From NCBI GenBank assembly GCA_039030075.1, contig JBCCEW010000014.1, forward strand, positions 51,896-115,895: a DNA stretch of 64,000 nucleotides, given 5' to 3'. Below the pieces are notes generated by a model. The model was not told the origin of the DNA and ran no database searches. It saw only the letters and a list, made by a program, of their open reading frames with translations. This document shows positions 46,365 through 54,771 of this stretch, in pieces. The first letter of the stretch is position 1, and each line of letters opens with the position of its first letter. A program made the position numbers and the translations under genes. Source of the DNA: Myxococcota bacterium. GTDB taxonomy: Bacteria > Myxococcota_A > UBA9160 > SMWR01.

Positions 46365-47189
46365 ATGACGACCCGCGCGCGCTCGACGTGGGCCGCTCTC
46401 GGCGGTGGGGTCGTCGGTGCGGGGCTCGCCGCGGCCTGGCTCGGCGGCTCGAGCGCCGATGCGGCGGCCCCGAACCGCGCCCCGTCCGAGGATCGCATCG
46501 CGGCCCTCGAGGCCCAGCTCGAAGCCGAACGCGACGCACGCCTGGCGCTCGCCGGAGAGCTCCAGACCCTGCGCGCCGTCTTCCTCTCGGGTGTCGATGC
46601 CACGGCGGAAGCCGCCGAGCCGACTGGAGACGAAGCCAGCGCTCCGGTCGAACCCGAACGCGATGCCGTCTCCGCGAACGACCGCGCCCGGCGCTGGTTC
46701 GATGACCAGGCCCTCCGCGATCTCGAGCTCGCCGAGGCCGAGATCGCGTCGCTGCGCACCCGCTTCGAGTCTCTGGAGTTGGAGGAGCTCTATCTGCGCG
46801 ATCGTGCCTCGCGCGAGGGCTGGCTCGCCGACGGCGAGTACTGGCGCGAATTGATCGGCCTGCGCAAACAACTCCGGGAAGACGTCGGAGAGCGAGACTA
46901 CGACCTGCTGTTGTATGCCGGCCGACGCGAGAACCGGGTCGTCATCGCCGACGTACTCGGGCGCTCGCCGGCGGGCGCAGCCGGTCTCCAGATCGGTGAC
47001 GAGATCGTCTCCTACGCGGGTCGCCGCGTCTTCGAACCGCGGGAACTCACCGAGTCCACCTCGGAAGGGGCCGCGGGCGCGAACACCGAGCTCCGGGTTC
47101 GGCGCGGCGGCGAGACCCTGCGCTTCTTCGTGCCCCGGGGTCCGCTGGGCCTGCGCCTGAAGACCGCGCGCCGCCCCCCGTCGCGCTGA
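46365..47189 (+). CDS. Membrane-anchored coiled-coil / PDZ domain protein
   Basis: ATG at 46365. N-terminal anchor WAALGGGVVGAGLAAAWLGG, a coiled-coil region, and a C-terminal PDZ-like block VIADVLGRSPAGAAGLQIGDEIVSYAG...LRVRRGGETL. Confidence 0.65.
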   Translation: MTTRARSTWAALGGGVVGAGLAAAWLGGSSADAAAPNRAPSEDRIAALEAQLEAERDARLALAGELQTLRAVFLSGVDATAEAAEPTGDEASAPVEPERDAVSANDRARRWFDDQALRDLELAEAEIASLRTRFESLELEELYLRDRASREGWLADGEYWRELIGLRKQLREDVGERDYDLLLYAGRRENRVVIADVLGRSPAGAAGLQIGDEIVSYAGRRVFEPRELTESTSEGAAGANTELRVRRGGETLRFFVPRGPLGLRLKTARRPPSR

Positions 47190-47465
47190 CACCGGCGTCT
47201 GCGCGTGCCTTGCTGGAGACACGCAAGTGCGTGACCCGACGTCCTTGCGTGCCGGCGCGCGTCTCTTCCTCGACAGGTGGCGGCTGCGGTTCCGCGGGCA
47301 TGGGGCGCTCCATGTCAGCGGAATCCGACCGCGAATCGACTAGTCTCTCGGCCATGCGCACGACGCGAGCCGTCACCCACGGTCTCCCCAGCCGGCATCA
47401 CCGCTGCCGACGCGCGCGCGCGACGCGCTTCGCAGCGGAAGCACACTAGGACCACGGGGAGATCC

Positions 47466-48182
47466 TTGGCGCGCTGTATCGTGATCATCCCGACCTACAA
47501 CGAGGTCGAGAACCTCCCGCTCCTGGTGCCTCAGGTGCTCGACGCGGACGCCCAGATCGAGGTGCTGGTGGTCGACGATGCGTCTCCGGACGGCACCGGT
47601 GCGGCGGCGGACCGGTTGGCGGCGGAGTCCGAGCGGGTCCACGTCCTGCACCGAGACACGAAGGAAGGGTTGGGGCCGGCCTACCGCGCGGGCTTCGCGC
47701 GGGCCCTCGAGCTCGGCGCCGATCGCCTGGTCCAGATGGACGCCGACTTCTCCCATCCGCCCGATGCCCTGCCGCTCCTGCTCGGTGCGCTCGACCACGC
47801 GGACGTGGCGAGCGGCTCGCGCTACCTGAACGGCATCACGGTGGTGAACTGGCCGATCGAGCGCATCCTCCTCTCCTATCTGGGCAACGCCTACGTGCGC
47901 CGCGTCACCGGGCTCCCGGTCACCGACACCACGAGCGGCTTCCGCTGTCTGCGACGGGAGATCGTGGAACGACTCGACGTGGGCGCGATCCAAAGCAACG
48001 GGTACGCCTTCCAGATCGAGATCAACTACCGACTCCACCGTCTCGGAGCACGCGTCGAGGAGATCCCGTTCTTCTTTCTCGACCGCACGCGCGGAGCCTC
48101 GAAACTCACCTGGCAGATCGGACTCGAAGCACTCTGGCTCGCACCCCGCCTGCGACTCGCCAGCGTCCTGGGCCAGCTCTAG
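47466..48182 (+). CDS. Polyprenol-phosphate glycosyltransferase (DPM1/Ppm1-like GT2), paralogue 1
   Basis: TTG at 47466 lies 5 nt after GGGGAG. IVIIPTYNEVENL...VVDDASPDGT...KEGLGPAYRAGF...MDADFSHPP are the dolichyl/polyprenyl-phosphate mannose synthase motifs. Confidence 0.85.
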   Translation: MARCIVIIPTYNEVENLPLLVPQVLDADAQIEVLVVDDASPDGTGAAADRLAAESERVHVLHRDTKEGLGPAYRAGFARALELGADRLVQMDADFSHPPDALPLLLGALDHADVASGSRYLNGITVVNWPIERILLSYLGNAYVRRVTGLPVTDTTSGFRCLRREIVERLDVGAIQSNGYAFQIEINYRLHRLGARVEEIPFFFLDRTRGASKLTWQIGLEALWLAPRLRLASVLGQL

Positions 48183-48187
48183 CCCCC

Positions 48188-49303
48188 GTGCGCATCTGCG
48201 TGCTGAACGAACGCGACCCGGAACACCCGCGCGCGGGGGGAGCGGAGACCCACGTGCACGAGCTGACGCGACGCCTGGTCACGCGGGGCCACGAGGTCCA
48301 CTGGCGATCCGAACGCGCACCGGGGATGGCAGCGAACGCCGAACTCGACGGGGTTGCCATCGAGCGCGTCGGACGAGGTCCCACCTACTACCTGGCCGCG
48401 TTCCGGCATTGCCGCCGCCGGGCCGAAGCCCGTTGGGACGTGGTCGTGGAATGTCTGAACAAGCTCCCGTTCTTCGCCACCGCCGCAACCCGTGTGCCCG
48501 TCGTCGGTCTCTGTCACCACCTGTTCGGGTCCGCCGCGTTCGCCCAGGTGCCCTGGCCCGTCGCGGCCGGCGTGTGGCTCCTCGAGCGTCCCATCCCGCT
48601 CGCCTTCCGCGGCCGCCCGCTGGTCGCGATCAGCCAAAGCACCCGCGACGATCTGGTCGCCCGCGGTCTCTCCGAGGACCAGATCGAGGTGCAGGTCCCG
48701 GGGGTCGATCGCCCCTCCGTCCCCGCCCCCCCGATCGCAAAGCGCGCGCCGCTGCTCGTCTACGTCGGTCGGCTGGAGCCCTACAAGCGCGTCGACCTGC
48801 TCCTCGAAGCCGCGGCCCAGCTCTCCCCCGAGATTCCCGAACTTCGCGTGGCGATCGTCGGGCGCGGTTCGGCAGAGAGCGCATTGCGGCAGCGGGCCGG
48901 GGCCCTCGGGTTGGCGGATCACGTGAGCTTCCCCGGCTTCGTGTCGTGCGAAGAGCGGGACGACTGGCTCGCGCGCGCCCGCGTGTGCGTCTGCCCGTCG
49001 GTCAAGGAAGGCTTCGGTCTCACCGTGATCGAAGCGAACACCCTCGGCACGCCGAACGTGGTCGCCGACGCCCCGGGCCTGCGCGACTCGGTACGGCCCG
49101 GTGAGACCGGGTTCGTGGTCGCGACCCAGGATGCGCGCGCGTACGCCGCCAGGCTGCGCGAACTGCTCGTCGACGATGCCCTGGCCACGCGCTTCTCGGA
49201 GGCCGCTCTGGCCTGGTCCGCGCGTTTCGATTGGGATCGTGCCGCCAGTGCTTTCGAACGAACCCTCGTCCGTGCGACGACACCCACCCCGGAGAGCGCG
49301 TGA
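48188..49303 (+). CDS. Glycosyltransferase family 4
   Basis: MRICVLNE...GGAETHVHELTRRLVTRGHEV... and EGFGLTVIEANTLGTPNVVADAPGLRDSV (GT4 C-terminal motif). Confidence 0.85.
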   Translation: MRICVLNERDPEHPRAGGAETHVHELTRRLVTRGHEVHWRSERAPGMAANAELDGVAIERVGRGPTYYLAAFRHCRRRAEARWDVVVECLNKLPFFATAATRVPVVGLCHHLFGSAAFAQVPWPVAAGVWLLERPIPLAFRGRPLVAISQSTRDDLVARGLSEDQIEVQVPGVDRPSVPAPPIAKRAPLLVYVGRLEPYKRVDLLLEAAAQLSPEIPELRVAIVGRGSAESALRQRAGALGLADHVSFPGFVSCEERDDWLARARVCVCPSVKEGFGLTVIEANTLGTPNVVADAPGLRDSVRPGETGFVVATQDARAYAARLRELLVDDALATRFSEAALAWSARFDWDRAASAFERTLVRATTPTPESA

Positions 49304-50241
49304 GCCAAGGCCCTTCGTTGCGGACGACCCTCGGCCGGATCCTCCCGCTCCTCGTGAGCGGCGCCGTGCTCGTCTGGCTGTTCCGCCGCACCGACCCGGC
49401 GGCACTCGCCGACGCCATCGATGCCCGGGTCGTCGCCGTGCTGCTGCCCAGCCTGTTGGTCTACGGGTTCGGCAGTCTCGCGATCGACGCGATCTCCATC
49501 CGACGCCTGGTGCCGCCCGGACCGGCGCCCCTCAGCCTCTGGACCGCCGCCCGCCTGAAATGCGCGAGCTACCTGCTCGGCATCTTCCACTACGCGCTCG
49601 GCGCCGCGAGCCTCACGGTCCTCCTGCGGCGTCGCACCTCCCTTTCGCTCACCGGAGCCGGAAGCGTCGTTCTGCTGATCGCATTGACCGACCTGCTGGT
49701 GGTGTTGGCGTCGGCGAGCGTGGCGATCGTGGCCGGCACCCAGCTCCAGCTCGGGCCGCAGGTCGGCGTGATCTTCGCAGCGCTGGGCGCCTGCGCCACC
49801 GGCATCTTCGTGCTGCGCTGGCCGGGCTCCCTGGGTCCACTCGACCGGCTCCGCGAGCTCGCGATCTTCGACGGGCTGCGCAACATCCCCCTGGCGCGGC
49901 TCGGGGAGCTGTTGGTGCTTCGCTGTCTGTTCTGCACGGGCTTCGTCGCAATCTGCGTGGCGGCCTTCGTGGCATTCGGGATCAGCGCACCGCCCGTGCA
50001 GATGGTGGCAGGCTTCCTGATCGCGGCGTTGGTGGCGGCGCTTCCGATCGCGGTCGCCGGGCTGGGCACCAGCCAGGCCGCCTTCCTCTTCCTGTTCGAG
50101 GGCATCGCCAGCCCCGAACGCCTGCTGGCGATGTCGCTCGCCCTCTCGTTCGGACTGATCAGCATGCGCGTGGCCATGGGCATCGCCTTCGCGCGCGAAC
50201 TCACGCGGGAAGCCTGGCGCGAGAGAGACGCCGCGGCGTGA
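49300..50241 (+). CDS. Flippase-like / LPG-synthase-TM (UPF0104) family membrane protein
   Basis: GTG at 49300 overlaps the GT4 stop (GTGA). 313 aa with about 8 TM segments. The N-terminal pattern LLVSGAVLVWLFRRTDPAALADAI is typical of UPF0104 proteins. Confidence 0.6.
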   Translation: MSQGPSLRTTLGRILPLLVSGAVLVWLFRRTDPAALADAIDARVVAVLLPSLLVYGFGSLAIDAISIRRLVPPGPAPLSLWTAARLKCASYLLGIFHYALGAASLTVLLRRRTSLSLTGAGSVVLLIALTDLLVVLASASVAIVAGTQLQLGPQVGVIFAALGACATGIFVLRWPGSLGPLDRLRELAIFDGLRNIPLARLGELLVLRCLFCTGFVAICVAAFVAFGISAPPVQMVAGFLIAALVAALPIAVAGLGTSQAAFLFLFEGIASPERLLAMSLALSFGLISMRVAMGIAFARELTREAWRERDAAA

Positions 50242-51026
50242 GTGCGCCGTTCACGGGCGAGCGTCTCCACGCAGAGGCGACGGGCTTCGGCCTCGACCTG
50301 GCCCGACACCAGGCTGCGTACGACTGGGCCGCTGCGCGGGGCCTCACCGCACCCATCCTCGAGATGGGTTCGGGCAGTGGACACGGCAGCCCTCGCCTGC
50401 GCGACGAGGGAGCCGACGTCTACGCGATCGACCGGGTGGCCCCGGATGCCGCCGCCCGCGCCTCAGCGACCCGCTTCGTCCGCGGCGACCTGCTCGCCCT
50501 CCCCTGCCCGGACGCTCACTTCGCCACGGTCGTGAGCTTCCAGGTGATCGAGCACTTCCAGGATCCCCACCCCTACCTCGACGAAATGCGCCGGGTCCTC
50601 CACCCGGGAGGCGTCGCGCTGATCTCGACCCCGAACGTGGCGCGCTCCGACGGGGTGAACCCCTACCACTTCCATGAGTACACCGAGGCCGAGCTCCGAG
50701 CCCTGCTCGAGCACCACTTCGCGGCCGTCGAGATCCTCGGGGTGGGAGTGAGTGCCGCCGCGAACAAGGTCCTGCAGGCCCGGTCGGCGCGGATCCGAAC
50801 GGTGATGCGCCTCGATCCCTTGGCGCTGCGAGACCGACTCCCGCGCGCGTGGGTCGAGTCCCTCTTCGCCTGGGGCGCGCGGCTGGTGCGGGCCTGGGGC
50901 AGCGAACACCGCAGCACGGAATCCTTCGGCGTAGAGGACTTTCCGATCGGGCCGCCGGACGCCGAGACCAGCCTCGATTGGATCGCCGTGTGCCGTGAGC
51001 CGCGGCCCGTCCGCCAGACCGTCTGA
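50238..51026 (+). CDS. Class I SAM-dependent methyltransferase
   Basis: GTG at 50238 overlaps the upstream stop (GTGA). ILEMGSGSGHG (motif I), FATVVSFQVIEHF, LHPGGVALISTPN. Confidence 0.8.
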   Translation: MSAPFTGERLHAEATGFGLDLARHQAAYDWAAARGLTAPILEMGSGSGHGSPRLRDEGADVYAIDRVAPDAAARASATRFVRGDLLALPCPDAHFATVVSFQVIEHFQDPHPYLDEMRRVLHPGGVALISTPNVARSDGVNPYHFHEYTEAELRALLEHHFAAVEILGVGVSAAANKVLQARSARIRTVMRLDPLALRDRLPRAWVESLFAWGARLVRAWGSEHRSTESFGVEDFPIGPPDAETSLDWIAVCREPRPVRQTV

Positions 51027-51047
51027 CGGAACTCGCCTCCCCCACGC

Positions 51048-51812
51048 GTGCGGCCTTCGAGTATCCTGGCGCGCTTGCGTTCCCTGGTCATCCTTCCGAC
51101 GTACAACGAAGCGCCGAACGTCCTTCCGATGTGTCGCGACGTCCTCGCTCAGGACGACACATTGGAAGTCCTGGTCGTCGACGACAACAGCCCCGACGGC
51201 ACCGGCGACCTGGTGGCCGAAGCCGCCACGAGCGAATCGCGGATTCATCTGCTCCGGCGGCCTGCCAAGGAGGGGCTCGGGCGCGCCTACCAAGCGGGAT
51301 TTCGCCACGGCCTCGACGCCGGCTTCGACCTCATCTTGACGATGGACTGTGACTACAGCCATCACCCGCGCTATCTGCCCCAGATGCTCGACCGCGCGAA
51401 GGAAGCCGACCTGGTCATCGGCTCCCGCTACGTGCGCGGCGGTGGCGTCGCCGACTGGCCGAAGCGCCGCCAGCTGCTGTCGCGATTCGCCAACCTCTAC
51501 ACGCGCCTCCTGCTGCGGGTCCCGGTGAACGACTGCACCGCCGGCTTCCGCTGCTATCGCCGCGAGGTGCTCCTCCACGTCGCCCCCTTCGACATCGAAG
51601 CCTCCGGCTACGCCTTTCTCGAGGAGATGGTGTGGCGCGTGCAGCGGGCCGGCTTCCGGATCCGCGAGGTGCCGATCGTCTTCGAAGACCGCACCCACGG
51701 CGTCTCGAAGATCGACCAGCGCGAGATCTACCGGGCGGCCTGGCACGTCCTCGCGACGGCGTTCCGACCGAGCCCGGTCGAGCGCTACGCCCCGCGCGGC
51801 GACGCCGGCTAG
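51048..51812 (+). CDS. Polyprenol-phosphate glycosyltransferase (DPM1/Ppm1-like GT2), paralogue 2
   Basis: LVILPTYNEAPNV...VVDDNSPDGT...KEGLGRAYQAGF...MDCDYSHHP. The GTG start at 51048 is uncertain by a few codons. Confidence 0.85.
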   Translation: MRPSSILARLRSLVILPTYNEAPNVLPMCRDVLAQDDTLEVLVVDDNSPDGTGDLVAEAATSESRIHLLRRPAKEGLGRAYQAGFRHGLDAGFDLILTMDCDYSHHPRYLPQMLDRAKEADLVIGSRYVRGGGVADWPKRRQLLSRFANLYTRLLLRVPVNDCTAGFRCYRREVLLHVAPFDIEASGYAFLEEMVWRVQRAGFRIREVPIVFEDRTHGVSKIDQREIYRAAWHVLATAFRPSPVERYAPRGDAG

Positions 51813-52969
51813 GCCGCACGCGCGCTCCGACAGATCTCGCGCAGCTGGGGATCCTCGACGCAGGGCTGGCCGTCGGCCACCTGCTGGAACCGCTCGAAGG
51901 CCGCGTCCAGCTCGCCGTCGTCGAGCTCGATCCCGAGCGCGCGCACCCGCGCGACGAAACCGGCGCGTCCACTGAGCTTCCCCAGCACGATCTCGCTGCC
52001 ACGCGCGTGGCCGATCGTCGCCGGATCCAGCACCTCGTAGTTCTCGCGCCACTTCAGCACGCCGTCCTGGTGGATCCCCGAGGCGTGGCGAAACGCGTTG
52101 GCGCCGACGATTGCCTTGTTCGGCGGCACCGCGACCCCGCTGGCCTGCTCCACCTCGGCCGACAGCGGGCAGATACCCGCCGGGTCGACCCCGGTGTGGA
52201 CGTTCAGGCGTTCCCCGTGCACGTGCAGCGCCATCACCACTTCCTCCAGGGAAGTGTTCCCGGCACGCTCGCCGATCCCGTTGACGGCGACCTCGACCTG
52301 GCGCGCACCGGCCCCGACCGCCGCGAGGGCATTCGCCGTGGCCAGGCCCAGGTCGTCCTGGCCGTGGAAGGAGAGCACGGCCTCTGCGAGTTCGGGCATC
52401 CGCTCCCGCAGAATGTGGAACAGCTCGGCGACCTGTCCGGGCAAGGCGATGCCGACCGTATCCGGGATGTTGATCGTCGTCGCGCCAGCCGCCAGCGCGA
52501 CCCGGATCACCTCGACGAGGAACTCGGGGTCTGCGCGGGTGGCGTCCATCGGAGAGAACTCCACGTCGGACACCGCTTCGCGCGCGCGCCGCACCGCGTA
52601 GTCCACCATGCCGAGGACGTCCTCCCGCCCCTTTCGCAGCTGATGGGCCAGATGCACGTCGCTGGAGTTGACGAAGGTGTGAATGCGCGGCTGCTCCGCA
52701 TCGCGGAGCGTGTCGATGGCCGCATCGATGTCGAAGGGGACCGCCCGCGCGAGGGCACACACCTGCGCCCCCTCGACGGCGCGCGCCACGGCCGCGACGG
52801 CGGCGCGCTCGGCTGCGGACGCGGCCGGGAAACCGGCCTCGATCACGTCGACCCGCATCGCGGCGAGCTGGCTCGCGATGCGGACCTTCTCGGCCGGCGA
52901 GAAGCAGACCCCTGCGGTCTGCTCCCCGTCGCGCAGGGTGGTATCGAAGATGCGAACTCGATCGGACAT
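51809..52969 (-). CDS. HMGL-like 2-isopropylmalate/homocitrate/citramalate synthase family protein (short form, no LeuA regulatory domain)
   Basis: ATG at 52969. MSDRVRIFDTTLRDGEQTAGV..., HGQDDLGLATANALAAV. At 386 aa it ends before the C-terminal LeuA_dimer domain. Confidence 0.8.
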   Translation of the reverse strand: MSDRVRIFDTTLRDGEQTAGVCFSPAEKVRIASQLAAMRVDVIEAGFPAASAAERAAVAAVARAVEGAQVCALARAVPFDIDAAIDTLRDAEQPRIHTFVNSSDVHLAHQLRKGREDVLGMVDYAVRRAREAVSDVEFSPMDATRADPEFLVEVIRVALAAGATTINIPDTVGIALPGQVAELFHILRERMPELAEAVLSFHGQDDLGLATANALAAVGAGARQVEVAVNGIGERAGNTSLEEVVMALHVHGERLNVHTGVDPAGICPLSAEVEQASGVAVPPNKAIVGANAFRHASGIHQDGVLKWRENYEVLDPATIGHARGSEIVLGKLSGRAGFVARVRALGIELDDGELDAAFERFQQVADGQPCVEDPQLREICRSARAA

Positions 52970-53228
52970 GGCGTGCTCCTGATATCGCCGAGGAGCGGCC
53001 GGATGCTCGGGTGACGCGACGACCCCATGCCGCACGCGACGCCCAGAAGGACGAAACCCCCTCCGGCCGGCTCGGCGGGAGAGGGTTGGCTTGCGGTGAC
53101 CGGTGTCTCAGTCGCGACGCAAGGGATCCTCTCCCGCCTGCGTAAGCAGGAGGCCGAGGAGCCCGAGAAGACGGCGCGAGGAGCGCGGGTTCACCATGAA
53201 TCCTGTGTACGTCATGCCCGATCGACCG

Positions 53229-54665
53229 TCAAGCACCGGGACGCGGCGGTGTGCGATCGAACCAGGGCCGCGCGGCCTCGAGCTGGCCTGCCAGGCGGAA
53301 CAGCGTCGCCTCGTCGCCGAAGCGTCCCGCGAACTGGATCCCGATCGGGAGGCCGCCCTCGTTCCACGCCAGCGGCACCGACATGGCAGGATTTCCGGAG
53401 GCGTTGAACAGCTGGGTGAAGCCCACCGTCTGTCCGAGGTCCTCGAGCAGGCCGGGCGTGTCGGTGCGCGTGAGCGCCACCCGGCCCAGCGGCAGGGGCG
53501 GGGTCGCCATCGTCGGCGTGAGCAGCACGTCGACGCCCTCGAAGAACCGCTCCACGGCGCGACCCACCGCATGGATCGTGCGGACGGCGCCGGCGTAGGT
53601 CGCGGCGTCGGCGGTGGTGACGAGGTTCGCCATGGCGAAGGTCATCGGCTCGACGTCGTCTTCGGTGAAGTCCCGACCGAGTCGCTCGGCGCGCTCGAGC
53701 AAGGACGCGCGCAGATTCGCCGCGATCAAGACCTGAGTCGCGCGACCGAGGGCCTCGCGGTCGACCTCGAGCTTCGCGTCCACGACCTCGTGTCCCAGCG
53801 AAGCACACAGCTCCGCCGCGTCCCTTGCGGCCCGCTGGCAGTCGGGATGGACCGTCGCTCCGTTGAATGCCTCGACCTGGAGGGCGATGCGGAGCTTCCC
53901 CGGGTCGGCCCCGACCTCGGCAAGGAAGGGCCGCTCGGGCGGCGGCGCCCAGTAGGGGTCGCCGAGCGCGGGGCCCGCGCAGGCATCGAGCAACGCCGCG
54001 TTGTCGCGCACGCTGCGGCTGACCGCATGCGCCGTGCTCATGCCGCTCCAACCCTCGCCCACCGCCGGACCGGCCGGGACGCGCGCACGGGTGGGCTTCA
54101 TGCCGAACAGACCACAGCACGAAGCCGGGATGCGGATCGAGCCACCGCCATCGCTCGCGTGGGCGGCCGGCAGGATTCCCGCCGCCACGGCGGCCGCGGC
54201 GCCGCCCGAGGAACCGCCCGCGGTGTGCTCGAGGTTCCAGGGGTTGCGGGTCTGTCCGAAGAGCAGTGACTCCGTGGTGGTAGTGATCCCGAACTCGGGA
54301 GACGCCGAGCGGCCGAAGAAGACGAGACCGGCCCGCCGGTAGCGCGCCACCAGCTCGGTATCGAAATCGGAGACGTCGTCGGCGAAGAAACGCGAGCCGT
54401 TCGTGAGGCGCATGCCCTTCCAGGCCGCGTACAGATCCTTGAGCAGGAACGGCACGCCGCGAAACGGCCCGTCGGGCAGGCCCGCCTCGATCGCCTTGCG
54501 CGCCTCGGCAAAGGCGCGGATCACCACCGCGTTGATCTCGCCATCCCGCTCTTCGACCCGGCGGACCGCCTCTTCGAGAAGCTCCGTCGGCGTCACGTCC
54601 CCGCGACGCACCCAACTCGCGAGGGCCAGCGCGTCCTGGGCCTCGTACTCGGCGATCTTCGACAT
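53229..54665 (-). CDS. Amidase (amidase-signature family)
   Basis: 478 aa. Signature GGSSGGAAAAVAAG and GSIRIPAS. Confidence 0.9.
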   Translation of the reverse strand: MSKIAEYEAQDALALASWVRRGDVTPTELLEEAVRRVEERDGEINAVVIRAFAEARKAIEAGLPDGPFRGVPFLLKDLYAAWKGMRLTNGSRFFADDVSDFDTELVARYRRAGLVFFGRSASPEFGITTTTESLLFGQTRNPWNLEHTAGGSSGGAAAAVAAGILPAAHASDGGGSIRIPASCCGLFGMKPTRARVPAGPAVGEGWSGMSTAHAVSRSVRDNAALLDACAGPALGDPYWAPPPERPFLAEVGADPGKLRIALQVEAFNGATVHPDCQRAARDAAELCASLGHEVVDAKLEVDREALGRATQVLIAANLRASLLERAERLGRDFTEDDVEPMTFAMANLVTTADAATYAGAVRTIHAVGRAVERFFEGVDVLLTPTMATPPLPLGRVALTRTDTPGLLEDLGQTVGFTQLFNASGNPAMSVPLAWNEGGLPIGIQFAGRFGDEATLFRLAGQLEAARPWFDRTPPRPGA

Positions 54666-54771
54666 CGGGCCTCCTCGGGACGCTCATCCGGCCGGCCTCG
54701 CAGCATACCCGAAGCCCGCCCGGTCGGTCCGTCTATACTGACCACCTCTTCTCCGCGGGAGCCATCCAGTC

